Position numbers and translations under genes: made by a program. A DNA stretch of 64,000 nt from Botryllus schlosseri (lineage: Eukaryota), in contig CM119378.1 of the NCBI GenBank assembly GCA_051294905.1, positions 9,238,001-9,302,000 on the forward strand. The letters run 5' to 3'. The notes below the pieces were generated by a model, which worked only from the letters and a program-made list of their open reading frames with translations, had not been told where the DNA came from and made no database searches. This document shows positions 1 to 10,200 of the stretch, one piece after another. Position 1 is the stretch's first letter. The number at the start of each line of letters is the position of its first letter.

Positions 1-734
1 AGTCTAACCTTAGAATATTCATTGTTCGCACAAATGCAGAAAAACACTGGATTGGGAAAATTTTGCGAAAAAAAACACTAGAACACTAGGACGACCGAAA
101 AAACACTAGATCTAAAACACTAGGAGTGGCACCACTGATTAGGAGCGTGAAACGAATAGAGACTGTCTTTGACACATATAACACCCCGCTTGTGACGTGA
201 CAATTTCCCAATTCATCGGCAATGCCATGATTGGTTTGGTTCCGTTGTCATGGCCACGTGTGGTTATTTATCAGCTATGAAGCAATTTGAGCGCGTTCAA
301 GTCGCATATGCTTAGCCTACATACCTCGGTTAAAAAATTTATGATAAATTTCCAAAAAGATTCGCGGCACACCTGAGAATATTTGGAGGCACACTAATGT
401 GCCGCGGCACATACTTTGGAATCACTTGTCTGGTAAAGAACCACTGTTCTATGGCAAAGTCATCATATGTATCACATGATGGACGGACCCTGCGTGGGGT
501 GTAGCGATACAAATCCTTTGTGCATGCTGCATCGTCCGTATACGTCCGTTTCCGGGTTTTGACGGTCCGTAAGAGCGTAGTTGTGACTGCTTTTCAACAC
601 CACTCACTCCCACTTACTTCAAAACCACTTACTTACCTGAGTAATCTGTTTGACTTACTTTGACCACCCGTGAACACTCGTAGAAGCTTCGACGTGAAAG
701 CGAATGCAGAGTTGCAAAACGTTCACTATAGGCA

Positions 735-1843
735 CAGAGGTCTTAAACTCAAATATGCTCGCGGGCCAATTTCCTATATTTTTGATGGCTTCGCGGGCCG
801 CAGCAGGGGTATTTAATATATTACCAAGTAGGCCTTATTGAACGGGACTTTGCAGACTGGCATACCATAAACATCGTGGGCATGTGATTTGCTATTGTGA
901 ATTCAAGCCTGGCACAAAAAAATCACATTTTTAAATGTTTAAATTTAGATTCTGTGGTATACTTAGCATAGGTTGTCAAAATAATTAGTTATAGACACCT
1001 TGCTAGTGTACAAATGCATCATGACATGCATGCATCGGAGTTAGATTTACCTTCGAATATCGGAACTGATCAATAACAATTTGAATATAATGAATGATAA
1101 ATGTACCATAGTAATAAAACAGTCCAATCGCCGAGGAATCCATTATTGTTACGGCGGTGAATCGTACCATTACCTCACTCGCAACCTTTAATTGGCTATA
1201 ATAACATGGATAAACAGACCCAAGATGGCGCAGGATGTAACTAACTATACATCAAGGGGACATCGGAATGCCAACGATTTCTATTGTCATTTCGACCTGC
1301 TTGGATAGCTAAATACACTACGCTACGCAACGCAAGCTACGACCTTTTGATATATCATTATTCTCCGTAACAGAGTATGATAGTTTGTTTAGTTCGTGGT
1401 CGTACCAAGTCACGGCGTTCTGAGTCACAAGTCATTTTCTGACTGTAAAGTTTGACCCGACTCAAGTCGAGTCATTTTTATTTTATCACCCATTCAGTCT
1501 GAGTTCGAGTAATTCTACGGAAGGTCGCGTCCAAGTTCAAATCACAATTTTCAGTCACGAATCATCAACGGGTGATGTTTTACCATCATAAACAGGTAAT
1601 ATATGTCGTGATAGCTGATCCCCCCACGGTAACTTTTTAAAGTGATGTGATAATGAAATTTGATGAGTAGTTTCAGGGCTTTGGAGTAGTTTTAAAGCGA
1701 ATTTTAAGATCTCAAAGCTACAAAAAATATATGTAGCAGTTAAATATTGTTGAATACTTCAAAATCCAAAATGACGACACGGGCCGCACAAAATGATCTC
1801 GCGAGCCGCATGCGGCCCGTGGGCCGCGTGTTTGAGACCTCTG
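735..1843. mobile_element. hAT-like non-autonomous element or composite of MITE ends
   Basis: Termini CAGAGGTCTTAAAC and GTTTGAGACCTCTG with GCGGGCCG subterminal motifs; no TSD found. Confidence 0.45.
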
Positions 1844-2234
1844 CAGCACATGTAGAAAGACCTCATTAAGTAGCTGAGGACCGTAAGTACAACAACTGCT
1901 GCAGAGACGTCATTGAAGAGTCTTGCCGCCCAGCGCAATTTAGCATAACGAGACATCGCTAATATAACCATCATATAGGAGACAGTTTTGTAAGCGCTTG
2001 CTTCCCAACGGAATTAGCCGGTATAATAGGTTTAACTCAGTATTGCGTGAATTAGAAAGTGGACTCTTCTGTTTGTTGTTCGGACAATTCTCCGTTTAAT
2101 TAGAACACGCGCAATTTCTATCGGGAGCTTCTATGGTGACACTATAACGTTCCATGCAGTAAGAGATGACAATGAACTCGAAATCCTAATAAGTCCGTGC
2201 CCACTTTATAGTCGCTTTCACCATTCGGTACAAC

Positions 2235-3557
2235 CAGGACCGTAACTGACGCACCCCAAAACCCCCAATTGGGGGGGCGAGCTCGAAGGGGCCCAAAATT
2301 AATTCGTGAATTAGCATAAATTATAGAGTATTTTTTGAAAATTTATGCAACATTTAAAAAACTTTTCGCGCTAGGCGCGATTTCTAGGTGCCAAATATCA
2401 TGATTCTTTTGTACTCTTCCCCCAAGAAAAGAACACGAAAGATTTTTAGAAATTGACACATCGGCGTTGGCCAATACCGTGACACGACGCACCAAGACAT
2501 ATAACGATTTAGGACATATTACATGCGACTCCAAGAAGTGTGCCAGAACGATCGGCAGCATAAACACCTTGGCCGAAAAGGACTGCCGTTACGCTTACCG
2601 AAAACTTCGTTATGTATACAAAATACATATAGCTTTAATTGTCCATAGCCTAGGCGCCTAAATGACTGGCGCCGAATGTTCCTGCCTTGGCAATCTGAAC
2701 CTCAGAAGAGGAATTCCATCCCGCGGGGAAAAATTATACGCCAGTGGAGAAAAACCAATTTGAAATCGTGTGCGTCTTTTACTTTAGTACATTTGCCCGA
2801 TTCTATTTTCTTTGATATAGCCACGAAATAACATCATGTAACGAAGTCATACCAACTGGTCCGCCCGCCGAAGATGTTTAATTATTATTTACGAGCCCTA
2901 CAGTTTCCAAATCACCTCACTCAGCTCTACCGGTAAATCAGATAAAGTGAGCAGAGAGGACAAGAAATTGATAGCAATATATATGCAATTCCCGATCTTA
3001 TTGACCGATTTTATCATTAATTATCGAAAATTTTAGCGCTAGGCGCTGGCTCACTAAACAGTACGGCTGATTTCGTGGCAAAAGCGATCAACAAGATGGG
3101 ATGGGGGGTCGATTACCGGGGTCGGTTTATCACCCTATGGGAGCCCAAGACCCAAATTTTTTTGGGACCTGACGAAGTGCTGTTTCGTTCCTGCCAACAG
3201 GTATACGCCCGAAGATGTTTAATTATTATTGAGGGGTCCTGCCTATCTCACTCAGCTCTACCGGTAAATCTGAATACGTGAGCAGATTGGGGATAACAAT
3301 TGATAGCAATATATATGCAATCCCCGATGATACTGACCGATTCAATCATGAATTCTTGAAATTTTTCGCGCTTCTAGCGTCTAGGCGAGAATGGGAGGCC
3401 CACTAAACGGACACCCAACATTGATGACAAGTAGCCCCAATGAGCGGGTAGACAAGGGGGTCTGGGGGGCAAAGCCCCCAGAAGTCCGGTTTATAACCCT
3501 ATAGGGGGCCCAAGACCAACGTTTTGGGGGGGCTGACGTAGTGCTGTTACGGCCCTG
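2235..3557. mobile_element. Non-autonomous hAT-type element with internal direct repeats
   Basis: TIR CAGG(A/G)CCGTAAC, exact 8-bp TSD GGTACAAC; inverted relative at about 36595-37650. Confidence 0.85.
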
Positions 3558-3880
3558 GGTACAACGTCCATCTCATGTACAACAGAATGGTTTAACTCGC
3601 ACTGTGTCGGGGTGCAGGCTACTTTGGTTTGATTCTCACTGATTTGCGGTGTACCTTCGTCAAAGCGGAAATTCCGTTCCAACTCTTGCTACATGGTTTA
3701 GTACTTAAATTAAAGAACTGCACTACTATTTTATGGGTAGGTGTGCGCGCTAGTGAGTATCCCAGTACATATGGAATCGTTTGGTATCGAAATACTGTAC
3801 AGCACAACTATGAAGGTTTAACTCTTGTGCGCTTTATGCGATTACCGCCAATTACTGCAGTATTGCGCGGCTGCAAACCA

Positions 3881-3886
3881 TTTATT
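3881..3886 (-). promoter_or_regulatory. Candidate poly(A) signal AATAAA of the protease gene
   Basis: First AATAAA found on the minus strand, about 160 nt after the stop codon. Confidence 0.45.
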
Positions 3887-4043
3887 AGGCAATAGTACAG
3901 CATAGTATAGCATAGCATTGTCTGACTTTACGCATGGACGGAATTAAATTGTCCTAGTCGACTGTATATAAGGAAAGAACGTCACTATTCGGAATACAAA
4001 ATCATAGCATGAACAACAGCAACCTAACTTAATAGAATGCTTT

Positions 4044-4229
4044 TTATGGTTTGGCACATGATTCATGTCTTGCAATGATGCGATATATCCAATCGTTGAA
4101 ACTTTGAACGCGGGTAAACACGCCGGGAACCGTGGTTTTACAAAACGCGTCGCCCCAGCCAGCTATCCCTGCGAGATAGAAAAGTCCGTCATCTTGCCTC
4201 TTGCAAATCAGTGGTCCTCCGGAGTCTCC
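4044..4229 (-). CDS. Protease gene last exon: catalytic Ser (GDSGGPLIC...GWG...PGVFTRV), stop TAA
   Basis: Acceptor aatttacag|GGA GAC TCC GGA GGA CCA, phase 0; ORF track 4044..4331. Confidence 0.95.
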   Translation of the reverse strand, partial: GDSGGPLICKRQDDGLFYLAGIAGWGDAFCKTTVPGVFTRVQSFNDWIYRIIARHESCAKP

Positions 4230-7200
4230 CTGTAAATTTATAAGGGACATCAGTTTTCGCAGTAGGCAAATGCAATCAGTCAGTAGGATGATTCTATAGA
4301 TTACCGTAGCCATTTCCCAAATATCAGGCAATTATTGCACAATGCACATGCACATAAAATCAAGCATATCACCACAGGTAAACGGTGAAATGCTTCTTGA
4401 GCCGCAGTGTTTCCTAACCTTTTTCTAGTACGGACCCATACAATTTTGGGGGTAGTTGCGTGGACACTTTAACCGCTAAATTTAGGAAACTGAATAATAA
4501 ATAGAAATTCATCAGTTCCGCCCAGCCGTAATCGCCGCTTCATATCGCCATCTGGTCTGGTTGTTGCCTAAAAAGCTACCTGATAAGAAATATCATCACT
4601 TTCTCTTGTCACCGGCGGTGAGCGCAAAAAGTAAAGTAAAATATGGACTCCAAAATCAGGACAGGTGTATAGTGGAGGACAATGTAGTTTCGAAGTTGTA
4701 GTTTCAGCATTAGCCTTTCATGGAACCATAAAACTATTATATGAACTCCCAAGAGGTCTGTAGACCCTGGATTAAGTATCCCTAGTTTATCGCGAAATGG
4801 GATCATCAATTGCATCTGCATTCTAACAGGTTTTCGCAAAATGAACTCAACACCGGTTTCGTTTGCGATTCTGAAAATTTATTCTGCGCGAAAATCTGAC
4901 TGAAACGATTAGTACTTTGGATGATTGTGACTGCATGGTGTTGTACCCTTCGATAGAACTCAATACGATCGGTTCCTAGGCTTTTATTAACATAAAAGTA
5001 AGCTAGTGTATCTGAATACAACATAGCAATAATACAGAGTTAACGTAGGTACAACTAACAGAAGCGACGCCACACCCAACTAGTACGAATGAAATGAATA
5101 GTCCCGACGTGAAGGTAATCAGGAGCAATCAGTATAAACACCCACTAGTGGTCAAAAGGGACTGATACACCACAATCTCCCCCACTAACAAAAGCAAAGT
5201 AATTATTTAGAGGATTGTCCATATCGTTCAGGCGCGCGTTTAATTCTAGTTGATCTTCTCAAGGGCGGAGGATCAGCGACAACTTCTTGCAGAGTTTCTG
5301 ACGAATCTTCTTTGTTGCTAACTTCAACCGTAGGTTCAACCAGAGACGAATCGTCGGCCACTGCACGGTCCGGTTCGGCAGCCCCATCATCGACAGGATA
5401 GGGCTCAGTAGTAGGCGGATAAGGTGCGAGGTCCTTGACTGAGACGGTCGATTCCACTCCAGATGGATGCCGGATCAAGGCATATTTGGAGTTAGCTTCG
5501 AGCAAATCGACTTCGATTCCGAGCGGATCACTTTTGCATCTCCTTGCGAAGTTCCTCAGCAGCACGGAGCCTCCTTGGAGTATCCAATCTGGAACTGATT
5601 CCCCCATCATACTTCTCCTACTGAAATTGAAAAATCTGTCGTGCGGACACGAATTAGTAGAAGTACACAGAAGCGAACGGATAGAGTGAAGGGCATCGGG
5701 CAACACAGCTTCCCATGAACTTTCAGGCAATTTTCGTGAGGCTAAGAGCATTTTTACTGATCTCCAAAGTGTTTGATTCAAACGCTCACATTGGGAGTTT
5801 CCAGTGGGATGATACGGAGTAGTTTTGCTCGTTGCTATGCCTTTACGGGTAAGAAACGTTGTTACTTCCTTCGATAAGAACGAGTTTGAACGATCGCTGT
5901 GAACATATTCGGGCAGACCGAACAAAGAAAACAAATCAGTGAGACAATTAACAACGGTAGCAGAAGTCATGTCTCGGCATGGATACGCAAATGGAAATCT
6001 GCTATATTCGTCAATAATTACGAGCAGATACTTTCGAGGTCCTTCAACAGGGCCTTTGAAATCAATACTTATTCTCTCCCACGGTCTTGTCGATTTGACG
6101 AGACGGTGATGGACATTGGATTTATAGAATCGCGGTTTGATTTCTGAGCATATTCTGCAGTTAGCGCAGATCTTTCTGACTTCATCTACAGAGAAAGGCA
6201 AGTTTTTCGCTCTCATAAAATGGTTCAACCGCCGTACTCCGGGATGAGCAAGAGCTTCGTGCACCTGACGAAGAGACAAGCCAGAATTTGGCAACGAGCA
6301 ACAGACACGAGAAAATGTATCCGGAACAACATTCTCAGTACCCGGGCGATGAATTATTTCATACTTGAAGGCGCTCAATTCGAGTTTCCACACCGACAAC
6401 TTGGCATTTTTGATTTTACTAGCGTGAGTTTTGCTGAATATGAACGACAACGCTTTTTGATCGGTAACGAGGCGGAACTTATTGCGGTGAAGCAAGTATC
6501 CCCATTTTCGTATGGCCTCAATAATAGCGAGGGCCTCTTTTTCAACAATATTGTATTTTGACTCGCATTTGGAAAGAGTATGCGACATAAACGATACAGG
6601 TCTGCCTCTTTGACTTAGTATGGCCGCGATAGCCACGTCCGAAGCATCACAGGCAACCTCGAAAGGTTCGTCGTCATATATACAACTTAGGCAAGCACCT
6701 ATAAGGCTATTTTTCAACGATTTGATAGCCTGGAGTTCATCGGTTTTTAACGGAAATTCATTGTTTCGAGTCAATGGTTTCACTTTCTCTGAAAACGAAG
6801 GTATCCATTTCGAATAATAGGCAAACATACCCAAGCAGCGCTTTAAACTTTTTGCATTGTTAGGGATGGGCATATCCATCAAAGGTTTCAAATGGCAAGG
6901 ATCAGGCTGAATTTTGTTATGGGAAATAAGGTACCCCAGGAGCGATAACTTTTCAACAGAGAACGCACATTTCTTTTCATTCAGAGTCAGCCCGTCAGCC
7001 TTGGCAGAGGTCATAAAACGTTCCAACCTCTTATCGTGTTCTTTTCTATTTTTGCCATAAATAGTAACATTGTCCAGGTAAGCAACAGTACCTTGCAGGT
7101 TATGATTTTGGATAAAATTGTCTATGAATCGCTGGAAAGCTGCGACGCCGTTTGTTATCCCAAAAGGCAGTCGACGAAATTGGTATAAATTACCGTCAGC

Positions 7201-10200
7201 TTCGAAAGCTGTTAGAGGACGGTCGGAAGGGCAAAGAGGTACCTGATGATACGCGGATTTCAGATCGATGGTGCTATATACCGTTCCTTTAGCGACTTCA
7301 TTAACAATATGCTCGATTCTAGGGAGCGGATACGCATCCAGGGGCGTATATCTATTAATAGTTCGAGAATAGTCGATAACTAACCGCTTTTTATGGCGTT
7401 CATCTTTCGTCACCAAAACCTGAGCACGCCACGGAGAGACGGACTTTTCTATCACATCTTCTTGCAGTAATCTTGACACCTCTTCTTTGATGAATTGGGC
7501 GTCGTCGGTGCAATAATTTCTTGATTTCACAGCGATGGGATCGACATTTCTATCAACGAATTGGAATATCTTTGGCGTCTCTGTAATCTTAGCGGCAGCG
7601 ACGGAACAGTGAGAGTCACCGATGATCAAGTCGCTTCGAGGCCCGTTGAACTTGAAAATGACGTTCTTGTGAGTTCTCAGGAACTCCAATCCTAAGATCA
7701 CATCCGCGCACAAGTTGTTTACGACTCCGAAACGTGTTTCGCTGTATTTATGATCCTGTATTGTGAATGACGAAGTAACGTGTCCCAATACTTTAGAGGT
7801 GGAGTCCTTCGATGCCAGAGTAATAGTGGATTCCGGTCCGTGCAGAGGGAGTGCAAGCGAATTAGCAAACGACCGTCTCATGAAGCATTCGTAGGCCCCC
7901 GAGTCGACCAGCGCCTCTATAGTCAATCCTGCTATATTGATAATGATAGCCGAGTATCTGAGTGATTTCGGTACTCCAATCAACAGGGAAGCGAGGTCCG
8001 CCACTTCAGCGGAATTAAACGTTACGGCACCCGTTCCACCGGCGGCTAGAGAAGCTAAATGAGAGGCTTCATCAGAATCATACGCTGGCGCAGCGATCTT
8101 CCTATTTTGAGTGCCACTTTTGCATACCTTACCGAAATGGCCTTTATATCCACATTTATAGCAATCGGCGTTTTTCGCGGGACAGACCTTGCGCAGAGGG
8201 TAATGTTGACTGCCGCAATATTGGCAATTCTTGTACGCTTTCGTGACGAGTGCAACTTCGCCGATTCCTCCCGGCGTTATTTTGACTTGATCGCTATTAG
8301 TCGTCTGTTCAGATCCCACAGCACTCACGGCGGCAGGGACGGGCATCGATATGGGCTCGTAGGAAGACGAAAATTGCTGAGCTCGCTCGAGAGATTCGGC
8401 TATCTGAACCGCTTTGTCTAATGTCATATCATCGTGCTCCAATAATCTAAGACGAATAGTAGGCGAACGTAAGCCAGCAATCAAGGCGTCACGAACTGCT
8501 TCTTTTTGATGCTCGTCGGAATTTACAGCAGCGAACATGCAATCTTTAGCGAGAGTTAGCAATTTTAGCGAAAAATCAGTGACGCTTTCTCCTTGATCCT
8601 GACGAGAGGTTGCTAAGAGGTGTCTGGAGTAGATCAAGTTATTCTTTTTCTTGTAGAGCTTGCATAGCGTCTCAAGAGCGGATTCATACGTAGCGAAGTG
8701 CTCTACAAGAGCGAACACATCCGGCGATATATATCCGTATAGAATAGCCAATTTATCAATAGTCACTTCAGCTGGAGGGTCAGAAGAGGATCGATTGGGA
8801 GCCGCTGAGTTTGAAGCGGAGGCCTGCACGGCAACTAAGAATTTCCCCAACATCTTCTCCCAATGATTGAATATCTTCTGCGAGTCAGCCGAGCTTGGCA
8901 TCACTTCCAAAACAGGCACACGTATGTACTTTTCTTGAGAGAACGCCATGTTGAGATGACCATTTATGTTAATAAAATTGTTGTACCCTTCGATAGAACT
9001 CAATACGATCGGTTCCTAGGCTTTTATTAACATAAAAGTAAGCTAGTGTATCTGAATACAACATAGCAATAATACAGAGTTAACGTAGGTACAACTAACA
9101 GAAGCGACGCCACACCCAACTAGTACGAATGAAATGAATAGTCCCGACGTGAAGGTAATCAGGAGCAATCAGTATAAACACCCACTAGTGGTCAAAAGGG
9201 ACTGATACACCACACATGGCATCAAGGTTAGGAAGACTCGAGTCGCGTTTTGATTGAATTTACTTGACTAAGGTCACTTGACTTGACTCCGACTTGAAAT
9301 GACCGGTAAGATAGATTTACGATCAATTGTAAAGTCATTGATTTTATTATATTTCGCGAAGCATTCTGAACAGCCTCATTGGTTTAGCGAGATAGCGTAG
9401 TGTGCGACCCACAGCTGCATCACCAATATGATGAGGGTTCGAGTGCGACCATGGTCGACTCCAGAATCCCATGAAGTGTTGGATGCTCAACTAGGCTCCT
9501 CCTTAGCCATCTGCTCTGCGAAAGCGGTGTCTTAAAAAGAGCGTAAGAGCTGAACCCTGCTACAAGTCGGCAGTACTGAATCAGGGAATAATATTGTCCT
9601 GGTCTAAACAACCGTTATAGACTACCACTCGGAAAAAATCACTTTTTTAGTCAATTCACCAGCAATCAGAGTTAGGTGAATAAATTTCCCCTATATATGT
9701 CCTCTTTTTCGGATCCGTAAATATTTGGGGGCTTGATTAGGGGGCGCTAAGTAGAAAAAGGTTGGTAACCCCTGGTGTAGATCGAGCTGTGTGATTTTTT
9801 CATATTTACTTGTTTGTTGGCAATGTTCCGGTTGATGAAGCAAAGTAATAAATCTCACTCATGTAGTATCCATTATCCACTTATATCAAAACCTCTGCTT
9901 CATATCGTCCTACTGGTTTTGAGATATAAGGACACCATATTTGACATGGCCTAGCGCTAGCCTATGTGCAATATGCATGTGAAATGTGCCATAAGGCACC
10001 ATATGTTTGTGACTTTACTTCATTCAGAGGTGCTCTCGAGACACCCTCAGATTGCCAAAATAGTTCGAGGCACCTTAGCACTTCGTTACCCTTGGTGCGA
10101 AATTTGGAAACATGCTGACAACTAAAAAAAGTCAGCAGCCTACGTCGCATCACTATCCAGCCCCAGATACTGATGATGATGATGACTAATAAAGGTCGTC

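Larger units (their letters stand above)
4939..9214 (-). mobile_element. Full-length Ty3/Gypsy LTR retrotransposon (4276 bp) in the last intron
   Basis: Two identical 236-bp TG...CA LTRs, 5-bp TSD CATGG (4934-4938 and 9215-9219), a PPT, and one intact gag-pol ORF with domain order PR-RT-RH-IN. Confidence 0.98.

Noticed and set aside
5435-8866. Plus-strand and alternative-frame ORFs overlapping gag-pol
   Set aside because: They are short, have no motifs, and are expected shadows of a long ORF.
8950-8962. TGGTCATCTCAAC as a classical tRNA PBS
   Set aside because: It starts 16 nt from the LTR end rather than adjacent to it, and I could not match it to a tRNA 3' end from memory. It is kept only as the alternative to test.
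8950-9003. N-terminal 18 aa of the listed 1266-aa ORF
   Set aside because: It begins at a TTG inside the LTR; the ATG at 8949 is the more plausible start.
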